A DNA stretch of 30,388 nt from Fimbriiglobus sp. (GTDB taxonomy: Bacteria > Planctomycetota > Planctomycetia > Gemmatales > Gemmataceae): NCBI GenBank assembly GCA_043785105.1, contig JAYVXO010000231.1:1-30388 (forward strand). Reading direction: 5' to 3'. Positions 8,596 to 16,435 of the stretch are shown one piece after another; the first letter of the stretch is position 1; every line of letters starts with the position of its first letter. Both the position numbers and the translations under genes were made by a program. The notes beneath the pieces are model-generated. The model searched no databases, was not told the DNA's origin, and saw only the letters and a program-made list of their open reading frames with translations.

Positions 8596-8614
8596 AGGAC
8601 TTTCACCAACAGGT

Positions 8615-9286
8615 TCACTTGCCCTTCACCAATTCGAGAACTTCCCAGAGCGACGGGTCGTCCGTGAACGGGAAGTCGCTGTTCACGCTGAGTGTTTGAT
8701 CGCCCAATTCTTGATCGCGGACTTGGTAGAAGACACCGAGACGGGGGTGTTGTTCGGGGTCGTAGCCGCTTAATGTCGATGCGGGAAGGAACGCTTCGAG
8801 TCGATAACCGCCCTTCAGTTTGTGGCACCGAAACAGGACATCGGCGGGCGTGCAGAGTGGTGCTTCCTGCAACGCCCGGTTGATCTTGGTTTGCCCGAAT
8901 GCGGGTTCCTCTTTGTCCGGCCCGCCGCCGGTCGGCAGAAGGTAAAACTGATGGCAATACCGGCTCGCCCGATGCGATACCCGTGCATCACGGGTATCGA
9001 GCCACAGCCACAACCCGTCCGCCGTGCGGGGCTTCTCCGCATCACCCGTCGTCGCTTGGTCTTTCCCCTTCACGACAACCTGCACACCAACGCCGAGTTC
9101 GTTCCATGCGATGCGGACATCAGCAAAGTTTTTGCCGTCATCCAGTGCCGTGAAGTTGTTTAGCCGCGCCGTTTCCGGAAGGTCCACGAGTTGCGTGTCC
9201 TGGTCGCCAGTCAGTGGCATTAGCTTGACGTAAGTGCAAGGATGAGCCACGCGAATTAGGAAACGATTCGGCACGAGTGCAGGCAT
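8615..9286 (-). CDS. conserved hypothetical protein, possibly CBM9-like/DOMON-like beta-sandwich
   Basis: The ORF is clearly protein-like. The blocks ADVRIAWNELGVGVQVVV, DGLWLWLDTRD, YCHQFYLLPTGG and GGYRLEAFLP resemble CBM9_2-type domains, but I recognise this only weakly. The track start at 9331 would run into palindromic element A, so ATG 9286 (MPALVPNRF...) is preferred. No signal peptide. Confidence 0.7.
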   Translation of the reverse strand: MPALVPNRFLIRVAHPCTYVKLMPLTGDQDTQLVDLPETARLNNFTALDDGKNFADVRIAWNELGVGVQVVVKGKDQATTGDAEKPRTADGLWLWLDTRDARVSHRASRYCHQFYLLPTGGGPDKEEPAFGQTKINRALQEAPLCTPADVLFRCHKLKGGYRLEAFLPASTLSGYDPEQHPRLGVFYQVRDQELGDQTLSVNSDFPFTDDPSLWEVLELVKGK

Positions 9287-9314
9287 GAAGACATTCCGTT
9301 TTAGAAGAAGAGTT

Positions 9315-9405
9315 TTCACCACAGAGGGCACGGAGGGCCACAGAGAAAACCATTTGAAATGATTTTTCGATTTCCTCTGTGGCCCTCCGTGCCCTCTGTG
9401 GTGAA
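9315..9405. repeat. palindromic hairpin element A (31-bp perfect stem, 29-nt spacer)
   Basis: 9315-9345 (ttcaccacagagggcacggagggccacagag) is the exact reverse complement of 9375-9405. The left arm contains CACAGAG/CACGGAG/CACAGAG at 9320, 9329 and 9339. The spacer is A/T-rich (aaaaccatttgaaatgatttttcgatttc). Confidence 0.9.
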
Positions 9406-9424
9406 TCCGTTTTAAGTGAGTTAA

Positions 9425-10402
9425 TCAGTCCCCGTGTGGGTGGGCGGGGGCGGTGGTTGGTGGGTTCAACAGGCTTCGCGCCAGGACGTCCTTGGCTTTG
9501 TCGAACTCCGGTTGCCAGTGAATTTCCGGGCTACCGTCCCGCATACAGTCGCGGATTTTTTCGAGCGTGTTCAGGGCCATGTGCGGGCACTTGTTGCAGG
9601 CGCACGTGATTCCTGGGACGGGCAGGTACGTGTGTTGGGCGAACCGCGATTCGAGTTGCCAGAGCATGTTCGGCTCGGTGGCGACAATGAACGTGGTCGG
9701 GGCTTTGAAGCTGCCGACGTGCTTAATCATCGCCTCCGTGCCGCCGATGAACTCGACGTGCTCCAGCACGTTGGCCGGGCATTCGGGGTGTGCCATCGTG
9801 ACGGCGGCGGGGTGTTGCTTCTTTTGCTTGATGAGGTCGTGAACACTGAAAATCTCATGCACCATGCACGAGCCGTTCCACAAGATCATGTCCCGCCCGG
9901 TCACGCCTTGCAGGTAGCGCCCGAGGTGTTGGTCCGGGACGAACAAAATTTCGTGATCCTGCGGGACTTTGTTCCGCACCACGTCTTCCGCGTTGCCGGA
10001 GGTCACGATCCAATCGGAGAGGGCCTTCACTTTGGCGGAACTGTTGATGTACGTGACCGTTTGAAACTTGCGGCCATTCTCGCGGAGCATCTCTTGATAG
10101 CGGGCCAGTTTCTCCGGTGGGCACGAATCGACGAGGCTACATCCGGCTTTCAGGTCCGGCAGCAGCACCTTCTTCGACGGGTTCAACATCTTGGCGGTTT
10201 CCGCCATGAACAGCACGCCGCAAAACACGATAACCGGCGTGTCCACTTTAGTCGCTTCGCGCGCCAGTTTCAGGCTATCCCCGGTGATGTCCGCGAGTTC
10301 CTGAATCTCGCCTTCTTGGTAGTAATGTGCCAGGATCGTGGCGCCGATTTTCTTCTTGAGATCCTGAATTTCCGACGCGATGTCGTCGATGACTGCCGGC
10401 AT
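9425..10402 (-). CDS. nadA: quinolinate synthase
   Basis: NadA-typical blocks [53 protein letters not shown] and CACNKCPHM. Length 325 aa. Confidence 0.93.
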   Translation of the reverse strand: MPAVIDDIASEIQDLKKKIGATILAHYYQEGEIQELADITGDSLKLAREATKVDTPVIVFCGVLFMAETAKMLNPSKKVLLPDLKAGCSLVDSCPPEKLARYQEMLRENGRKFQTVTYINSSAKVKALSDWIVTSGNAEDVVRNKVPQDHEILFVPDQHLGRYLQGVTGRDMILWNGSCMVHEIFSVHDLIKQKKQHPAAVTMAHPECPANVLEHVEFIGGTEAMIKHVGSFKAPTTFIVATEPNMLWQLESRFAQHTYLPVPGITCACNKCPHMALNTLEKIRDCMRDGSPEIHWQPEFDKAKDVLARSLLNPPTTAPAHPHGD

Positions 10403-10533
10403 GGTAAGCCCCTTGTTTTTACGGTGGCGGAGGGTGAACCCACGGGAGCGGATTACTCACTGTTATCATACGCCGACCGAGTGCGATCAAGTAGGATGCA
10501 ACTTCGTCTGATCCTGAACATCTGGAGTGACCG

Positions 10534-11058
10534 ATGAGCCGACCGAATGCCACCGATTACGCCACGTTCTACGAAACGTATGTTTCACTTGTGCCCGAGG
10601 ACGACGTACTTCAAGCGATGAAGTCACAGACTGATGAACTGTTTCCCTTCCTGCGTGGCATCACGGAACAAGTCGCTTGTCTACGACATCCACCGTACAC
10701 CTGGAGCGTGAAGGAGGTCATCGGCCACCTGCTCGACGCGGAACGAGTTTTCGCCTATCGCGCACTCCGGTTCGCCCGCAACGATGGCACCGCACTCGCC
10801 GGCTTCGATGAAAACAATTACATGCAAGCCGCTCAATTCGACTGCTATCGCTTCAGTGATCTGGTCGCGGAGTTTGAATCCCTCCGCCGATCGCACCTGC
10901 TCTTCTTCAACAACCTGCCCGCAACAGCGTGGTCTCGGATCGGGATCGCCTCCGAAAACAAGGTGACCGTGAACGCGCTGGCTTACATCATCGTCGGCCA
11001 CGTGCGTCACCACACGGCGATATTGCGGAAGCGGTTGAGTGTTGATAGCCGCAGTTGA
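10534..11058 (+). CDS. DinB family protein (DinB_2/YfiT-like metal-dependent four-helix bundle)
   Basis: Shows the histidine-triad pattern (IGHLLDAERVFAYRAL ... IVGHVRHHTAIL) and is 174 aa long. A GGAG RBS lies 6 nt upstream of ATG 10534. Confidence 0.82.
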   Translation: MSRPNATDYATFYETYVSLVPEDDVLQAMKSQTDELFPFLRGITEQVACLRHPPYTWSVKEVIGHLLDAERVFAYRALRFARNDGTALAGFDENNYMQAAQFDCYRFSDLVAEFESLRRSHLLFFNNLPATAWSRIGIASENKVTVNALAYIIVGHVRHHTAILRKRLSVDSRS

Positions 11059-11122
11059 ACTCCAAAGTAAAATGCGGGACAATTAAGACATCTCGACCGA
11101 CCGTGTTTGAGGAGTGCAGACC

Positions 11123-11947
11123 ATGATCGTTCCGTTTCGATCGTCACCGCCCGTTGTGATCGACTACCCCGATGATGATGGAAAGCCAATGTCCGACAAC
11201 ACGCTGCAGTTCCAGTGGATTTACACACTCCAGGGTGGTCTGGATAATCTGTTCCGGGACAACCCGAATGTCTTCGTGGCCGGGAATTTGTTGTGGTACC
11301 CGGTCGAAGGCAAAAACAAGATTCGCCAGGCGCCCGATGCGATGGTGGCGTTCGGTCGGCCCAAGGGCTATCGCGGGAGCTACAAGCAATGGGTGGAAAA
11401 CGGGATAGCACCACAAGTCGTTTTTGAGGTGCTATCGCCAGGAAATCGCCCCCGAGGAATGGCCAAGAAGCTACTCTTTTATGAAAAGTATGGTGCCGAA
11501 GAATATTACATCTATGATCCCGATCACGTCACGATGACGGGCTACCTCCGGAGCAATTCCGGGTTCTACCAACCGATTGTGGAAATGAACGGTTTCATTA
11601 GCCCCCGGTTGGGAATCCACTTTGATTTAAGTGGTGTCGAACTTGCAGTCCTCCGCCCCGATGGGAATCGGTTCCTGACGTACCTTGAACAATGCGAACG
11701 GAATGCCCAGGAATCCCAACGCGCCACGCAGGAAGCCCAACGCGCAGCGCAAGAAGCGCAACGCGCCGCCCAGGAATCCCAACGTGCTAATCAAGAAGCG
11801 CAACGCGCCGCCCAGGAATCCCAACGTGCTAATCAAGAAGCCCAACGCGCGGAGACGCAATTAAAACGAGCGGATGATCTCGATCAACGTCTGGAACGGT
11901 TGCGGGCGAAGATGCTTGCGGCGGGTTTAGACCCGGATGGGAATTGA
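11123..11947 (+). CDS. Uma2 (DUF820) family PD-(D/E)XK endonuclease with a C-terminal heptad-repeat tail
   Basis: Uma2 blocks DDGKPMSDNTLQFQWI, PNVFVAGNLLWYP, APDAMVAFG, PQVVFEVLSPGN and YEKYGAEEYYIYDP. The tail is QE(A/S)QRAx x 7 and ends LRAKMLAAGLDPD. ATG 11123 sits 8 nt after GAGGAG. The track start is GTG 11114. Confidence 0.9.
   Translation: MIVPFRSSPPVVIDYPDDDGKPMSDNTLQFQWIYTLQGGLDNLFRDNPNVFVAGNLLWYPVEGKNKIRQAPDAMVAFGRPKGYRGSYKQWVENGIAPQVVFEVLSPGNRPRGMAKKLLFYEKYGAEEYYIYDPDHVTMTGYLRSNSGFYQPIVEMNGFISPRLGIHFDLSGVELAVLRPDGNRFLTYLEQCERNAQESQRATQEAQRAAQEAQRAAQESQRANQEAQRAAQESQRANQEAQRAETQLKRADDLDQRLERLRAKMLAAGLDPDGN
11708..11854 (+). repeat. 7 x 21-nt in-frame tandem repeat inside the Uma2 gene
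   Basis: The units start at 11708, 11729, 11750, 11771, 11792, 11813 and 11834, each of the form CARGAAKCSCAACGYGC... Units 3-4 (11750-11791) are exactly duplicated as units 5-6 (11792-11833). Confidence 0.95.
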
Positions 11948-12040
11948 CCTCACGCCTTTTTTCATCGCCTCTGGCATGGGGTTCGCGTAGTGTTTCAACG
12001 TGACCTTGCCCCATTTTGAAACTCTTCCGGAGTGTGCGAT

Positions 12041-12751
12041 ATGTTAACCCGTCGTGATCTTTTCCGTGTCGCGGGTGTAGCAGTGGCGGCCCCGACTTTG
12101 TTCGCAACGGCCCGCGCCGCCGAGACCAAAGCCGCTGGGTTTACGCTTGCCAAGTTGCCGTATGCCTACGAGTTCCTTGAACCGATCATCGACGCCGAGA
12201 CGATGACGATTCACCACGACAAGCACCACCAAGCCTACGTCGATAACCTGAACAAAGCCCTGGCCGGGGCGGACGATTGGTTGAAGATGCCGATCGAAGA
12301 AGTCGTCAAAAAGGTGAAGGAAGCCCCCGAGAAAGTTCGCGCGGCGGTCCGCAACAACGGCGGCGGGCACTGGAACCACGACTTCTTCTGGAGCCTGATG
12401 ACGAAGCCGGGCTTGGGTGGCGCACCGAAGGGCGATCTCGCCAAGGCGATTGACACGAGCTTCGGCGGGTTGGACGGCTTCAAGAAAGAATTCACCGCAG
12501 CATCTGTCGGTCGCTTCGGAAGTGGTTGGGCATGGCTGGTGCCGGGCAAGGAAAAACCACTGGCGATCGTCAGCAGCCCGAACCAGGACAACCCATTAAT
12601 GGACGGCGGCCCACGCCCGGTTCTCGGCATCGACGTGTGGGAACACGCCTATTACTTGAAGTACCGCAACTTGCGGGCGAAATATGTCGAAGCATGGTTC
12701 GGCGTCATCAACTGGGATGTGGTTGCAGCGAACTTCGCCAAGAAGGGGTAA
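12041..12751 (+). CDS. Fe/Mn-family superoxide dismutase with a twin-arginine signal peptide
   Basis: SOD blocks LPYAYEFLEPIIDAETMTIHHDKHHQAYV, NNGGGHWNHDFFW, FGSGWAWLV and GIDVWEHAYYLKYRN. The N-terminus is MLTRRDLFRVAGVAVAAPTLFATARA-AE (Tat-like TRRDLF with an AxA site). ATG 12041 is preferred over the track GTG 12032. Confidence 0.93.
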   Translation: MLTRRDLFRVAGVAVAAPTLFATARAAETKAAGFTLAKLPYAYEFLEPIIDAETMTIHHDKHHQAYVDNLNKALAGADDWLKMPIEEVVKKVKEAPEKVRAAVRNNGGGHWNHDFFWSLMTKPGLGGAPKGDLAKAIDTSFGGLDGFKKEFTAASVGRFGSGWAWLVPGKEKPLAIVSSPNQDNPLMDGGPRPVLGIDVWEHAYYLKYRNLRAKYVEAWFGVINWDVVAANFAKKG

Positions 12752-12765
12752 CACGGGATAAGAAT

Positions 12766-12896
12766 TTAACCACGGAATACACGGATAACACGGAAGAAAT
12801 CCCAAGCCGAAATTGTGCCAGAGTGGGCGAACGGTTTCTTGGCATAGTTTTTCAGTTTTGATTTCTTTCCGTTATTTCCGTGTCTTCCGTGGTTAA
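12766..12896. repeat. palindromic hairpin element B (imperfect 35-36-nt arms, 60-nt spacer)
   Basis: The left arm 12766-12800 (ttaaccacggaatacacggataacacggaagaaat) pairs with 12861-12896 (atttctttccgttatttccgtgtcttccgtggttaa). The outer 12 bp are perfect, then there is one mismatch, then 7 bp, then several bulges. CACGGAA/CACGGAT/CACGGAA lie at 12771, 12780 and 12789. An extra CACGGGA lies at 12752. Confidence 0.85.
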
Positions 12897-12913
12897 GACT
12901 CTTGGTATCCGAC

Positions 12914-13669
12914 TTACAGGAGTCGCTTCACCAAATCTGCCATGCGGCCAACGGCAAGCTTGGCGGTGGCTTCGACTTCTTTGTGGCTGAGCGGGCCGTC
13001 GGTGATTCCGGCGGCCTTGTTCGTGATGCACGACAACCCCGCAACTTCCAGACCTCTCTCAACTGCCGCTTCCGCTTCCATCGCGGTGGACATGCCGACC
13101 GCGTCTGCTCCCAGACTTTTCAGTGCGCGAATCTCAGCGGGCGTTTCGTAACAAGGCCCCGTCAGTGCGGCGTAGGTTCCGAACAGCAGTTCCGGCGCGT
13201 CGCCTTGTAATTTCGCAATCAGTGCGGGCGTGTAGACACGCTTGCTCGTGGTATCCTCACGCCACGCCCTTGCGCCGAGCCACTTCATGTGGGCGCGAAT
13301 TCCCATCACGCTGCCGGGATTGAGTGCCGGATGAATCCCGCCCGCAGCATTCGTTAGGATCACCCGCTTGACACCGAGATCGGCAACGAGGTTGATAAGG
13401 CGTGTCACGCGGTCCCACGGATGGCCTTCGTAGAAGTGGACGCGACCGAAACAAACAAGCACCGGGATGGCATTCCACATGCCGACGGAAAGTTGCCCCT
13501 TGTGCCCCGCAATTGTCGGCGGGACCAAACCTGGGATGTCGCCGTAGTGGACAGTCGCCGACTCGATAAACTCTTCGGTGACACCCGTTAACCCGGAGCC
13601 TAGGACGATGGCAGTGCGGGGGCGAAGTGCGTGAACACAATCACAGAATGGATCGAACGGAAGCGTCAT
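12914..13669 (-). CDS. purine nucleoside phosphorylase (PNP/MTAP family, PunA-like)
   Basis: Family blocks AIVLGSGL, GHKGQLSVG, GRVHFYEG, ILTNAAGG, TGPCYETPAEIRALKSLGADAVGMST and LSCITNKAAG. The ATG overlaps the upstream stop (ATGA at 13669-13666). Confidence 0.88.
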   Translation of the reverse strand: MTLPFDPFCDCVHALRPRTAIVLGSGLTGVTEEFIESATVHYGDIPGLVPPTIAGHKGQLSVGMWNAIPVLVCFGRVHFYEGHPWDRVTRLINLVADLGVKRVILTNAAGGIHPALNPGSVMGIRAHMKWLGARAWREDTTSKRVYTPALIAKLQGDAPELLFGTYAALTGPCYETPAEIRALKSLGADAVGMSTAMEAEAAVERGLEVAGLSCITNKAAGITDGPLSHKEVEATAKLAVGRMADLVKRLL

Positions 13670-14385
13670 GACACCGTGTCCAAGTCGATGCCGCTGCCTG
13701 ACGGGTCCGGGATTTGTTTGCTCCGCACGACGTGGGCGATCAGTTCAGCCGTCGTTTGCAAGCCTTGCCGCGTGGAGTTGACGCACAGGTCGTAACAGGT
13801 TGGGTCGATGATCGCTAGATCGGTCAACGAGCTAATGAACAAGTCGCGGCGGCGGTCGCGGTTCTGGGCCTCGACCGCCGCTTCTAATTCCGTGAGGCGT
13901 AACGATTGGCTGAGGTACGCGATCCGCTGTTCGATGGGCGCGACGATCCGAACGTGAACGGTCGTCTCGGGCGGTAAGAGAAACCCCGCACCCCGTCCCA
14001 CTAACACGACTTCGCCTCGGGCAGCCAGGGTGAAAATCACCCTGGCAATCGCCGCAGTATCGCTCGCGGGGATTAACTCGCGGCGCCGGAGCAGTCTCGA
14101 CCATTCGAGTTCGGCCCATTGCTGGGCGGGCAGGGGGGTATCCTTCAAAAACTCGTCCCGCGCCGATTCGTCGTGGGCGAGGTAGTCGAGCATGTCGTGC
14201 GAGAACACTTGCCAGCCAAGCAACTCGCCGACGGCAATCGCAATGCTACTGCCACGTGCCCCAGCTTCACGGCTAATTGCGACCGTGAACGACTGCGGTC
14301 GTTGCAAAACCGGGGGCGGAGTGCCAACACCGCGGTAGCCGTGCAACGGCGCGTCATCGGGCTTCAAATCCGCACCAGGCATCAT
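13666..14385 (-). CDS. cytidylate kinase-like family protein (Cytidylate_kin2-type, lysine-less P-loop)
   Basis: AISREAGARGSSIAIAVGELLGWQVFSHDMLD resembles the I.I.R..GSGG..IA..LA..LG family signature. ATG 14385 follows a GAGAGGA RBS. The track start at 14388 is TTG. Confidence 0.72.
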   Translation of the reverse strand: MMPGADLKPDDAPLHGYRGVGTPPPVLQRPQSFTVAISREAGARGSSIAIAVGELLGWQVFSHDMLDYLAHDESARDEFLKDTPLPAQQWAELEWSRLLRRRELIPASDTAAIARVIFTLAARGEVVLVGRGAGFLLPPETTVHVRIVAPIEQRIAYLSQSLRLTELEAAVEAQNRDRRRDLFISSLTDLAIIDPTCYDLCVNSTRQGLQTTAELIAHVVRSKQIPDPSGSGIDLDTVS

Positions 14386-14411
14386 CAATTCCTCTCACCC
14401 CGACAAAGAAC

Positions 14412-14529
14412 TCAACCACGAATCACACGAATAAGACGAATCAAACCCAGATCATTGAGAAAGAAAATCGGAATTGTTGGGGTACTGTTTGTGGTTCTGA
14501 TTCGTTCAATTCGTGTCATTCGTGGTGAC
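14412..14529. repeat. palindromic hairpin element C (imperfect arms of about 38 nt, spacer of about 42 nt)
   Basis: The left arm 14412-14449 (tcaaccacgaatcacacgaataagacgaatcaaaccca) pairs with 14492-14529 (tggttctgattcgttcaattcgtgtcattcgtggtgac), giving about 33 pairs with a few mismatches and bulges. CACGAAT/CACGAAT/GACGAAT lie at 14417, 14426 and 14435. Confidence 0.85.
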
Positions 14530-14538
14530 TCGTTCGGG

Positions 14539-15522
14539 TTATGTTTCTTCCTGGGGTTCCTGGCGACCGAACAGATAGCTGCCGATCAGCGTCAACACGA
14601 GCGTGACGCCAATGAGCGTCGCCCAGGCAGTGCTGCTGTCGAGCGGGGCGTAAACGTCGAGGCTTTCGGGGGTGACGACATTTAAGGTTGCCGTCGCCTC
14701 ATTATATAGCAACGACCGCACGTAATAGTTGAGGCTCAACTGCTTCAAGCTACCGGGAAGGTTGGCCACCAAAGTTTCAAAGAAGAAGATGTAAACCAGC
14801 CCGACGACTGCCGGGCGGCGAAACAGGGCGCCGATGAGATGGAACAGGGCGGCGAAGCTAATCGTCCCGGCCACGACTGCGGGCCAGTACGTCTGCAAGG
14901 CGCGCTGCCCGAGTGAACCACCCGCCAAGCACAGCACCACGAACCCACCGCCGGACGCCAACAGGCACCACGGCAACCCGCCCAGGAACTTCGCTAGATA
15001 CACCGACCAGCGGGGCAACGGTCGGGTCATCAACCAGATCATGGTGCGGCTTTCGCGCTCTGCGCCGAGACTGGCGGACGCATAGGCCAGGGTAAACAAC
15101 GGCAACAGAAACCCGAGGTGCATCGTGAAGACGACCCACCGGGAGAAGTTCAAGAACGCCCAATCGTCGAGGAACTTCCGGTCCGACAGAATGGTGCGGA
15201 ACGGTGCGAAAATCGCCATGTAGATCGCGGAGCCTTCGGAGGGCAATGGCGTCATTTGCAGCAGGTCGAGTTGAGCCGGGATGTCACGGACCATCATTTG
15301 GAATCGGAACGAAAACCGATTCTCCAGACTCCACCCGGAAGGTCCGTGGGTGAGGACCGCGACCGCGACCGTCAGAATGCCGAGCAGCCCAAGCGCGACC
15401 CAGCCCATCTGCCGAACCCGCCACTGCCGCCAAAACGAAAACACAACCAGTGCCAAGAATGCGTTGAACACGGAGGTCGGGGTCGATTCCGTTGTTACTT
15501 GCGGGGCGAGTTCTGCTGTCAT
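14539..15522 (-). CDS. ABC-2 type transporter permease-like membrane protein
   Basis: Polytopic membrane protein carrying the ABC-2 permease hallmark SLGAERESRTMIWLMTRPLPRWSVYLAKFLGG. ATG 15522 has a GGAG upstream. The track GTG at 15573 would overlap the upstream gene by 17 nt. No ATPase partner is present in the window. Confidence 0.72.
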   Translation of the reverse strand: MTAELAPQVTTESTPTSVFNAFLALVVFSFWRQWRVRQMGWVALGLLGILTVAVAVLTHGPSGWSLENRFSFRFQMMVRDIPAQLDLLQMTPLPSEGSAIYMAIFAPFRTILSDRKFLDDWAFLNFSRWVVFTMHLGFLLPLFTLAYASASLGAERESRTMIWLMTRPLPRWSVYLAKFLGGLPWCLLASGGGFVVLCLAGGSLGQRALQTYWPAVVAGTISFAALFHLIGALFRRPAVVGLVYIFFFETLVANLPGSLKQLSLNYYVRSLLYNEATATLNVVTPESLDVYAPLDSSTAWATLIGVTLVLTLIGSYLFGRQEPQEET

Positions 15523-15556
15523 CCGTTCCAACTCCGAAGACGCATTTCTTGATACG

Positions 15557-16372
15557 CTATGATACGCCAGCACTACTGGTATTGTACTGCTGGACGAAGT
15601 AATAGACGGCCAGGCTGAACGCGATGACGATCACCGCCCACCGCACATACGCAGCCGGCAACCGCCGTGCCACGCGGGCGCCAGTGTAGCCGCCCGCGAT
15701 GGCCGCAACCGCCATGACCGCCGCATATTCCCAGTGAATCAAGTCCCCGATGATGAACACCACCACAGACACCGCGTTAATTACGGAGGCTAGGAACGTC
15801 TTCACGGCGTTCATGTGGTGAATATCCCCGACACCCATGAAGCCGAGTGACGTTAGCATCAGGATGCCAATCCCCGCGCCGAAGTACCCACCATATACAG
15901 CCACAAGAAACTGAAACCCAATCAGCACCGCGAGCATTCCCGGTCCCGGCTCCTTGGGAACTGCGGCGTGATTCTTCTTGAGCAGTTTGTTGAGCGGCTG
16001 CTGAACGAGAAATAAGGTCGCCGCAGTCAGAATTAACCACGGCACGAGATTGCGGAAATACTCGGGAAAATAGACGAGGAGTAACGACCCGATCAACCCG
16101 CCAACGAAGCTGGGCGCGAGCATTCGCACGACAAACCGGCGCGAATCCTTCAACTCCTTGCGGTACCCCCAGGCCCCGGCGAGCGAGCCGGGCATCAGGG
16201 CAATGGTGCTCGTGGCATTCGCCACGCTAGCCATTCCGGGCAACGCCGCGAACAGGGCGGGGAACGTCAACAACGTGCCGCCACCGGCGATGGAGTTCAT
16301 CACCCCGGCGAGAAACGCGGACGTACCGAGTGCGATGTAAGTCGAAGTAACGTCAGGCATCGGAAGTTCCAC
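15557..16372 (-). CDS. TauE/SafE (DUF81) family sulfite/anion exporter
   Basis: Contains the family signature GVMNSIAGGGTLLTFPAL. There are about 8 TM helices and an internal duplication (GGYFGAGIGILML). The start is either GTG 16372 or ATG 16360. Confidence 0.85.
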   Translation of the reverse strand: MELPMPDVTSTYIALGTSAFLAGVMNSIAGGGTLLTFPALFAALPGMASVANATSTIALMPGSLAGAWGYRKELKDSRRFVVRMLAPSFVGGLIGSLLLVYFPEYFRNLVPWLILTAATLFLVQQPLNKLLKKNHAAVPKEPGPGMLAVLIGFQFLVAVYGGYFGAGIGILMLTSLGFMGVGDIHHMNAVKTFLASVINAVSVVVFIIGDLIHWEYAAVMAVAAIAGGYTGARVARRLPAAYVRWAVIVIAFSLAVYYFVQQYNTSSAGVS

Positions 16373-16435
16373 AAGTTAAGCGGCTCCCGTTTTGTACGAA
16401 CCGGAGCGTCCCGTTGCCTGCAATGATAGGCCACG

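Noticed and set aside
9434-10537. 367-aa + strand ORF
   Set aside because: It lies entirely antisense to nadA, which has unmistakable family motifs. The product is Arg/Val/His-rich with no recognisable domain.
14119-14685. 188-aa + strand ORF crossing element C
   Set aside because: It overlaps the 5' end of the cytidylate-kinase-like gene and the 3' end of the permease, both in antisense. Its middle section simply translates the palindromic repeat (RITRIRRIK / IRSIRVIRG).
16383-16407. Small hairpin (gctcccgtt / aaccggagc) after the DUF1501 stop as an intrinsic terminator
   Set aside because: The stem has only 8 bp with an internal mismatch, and the trailing sequence is only weakly U-rich on the transcribed strand. 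This is too weak to call.
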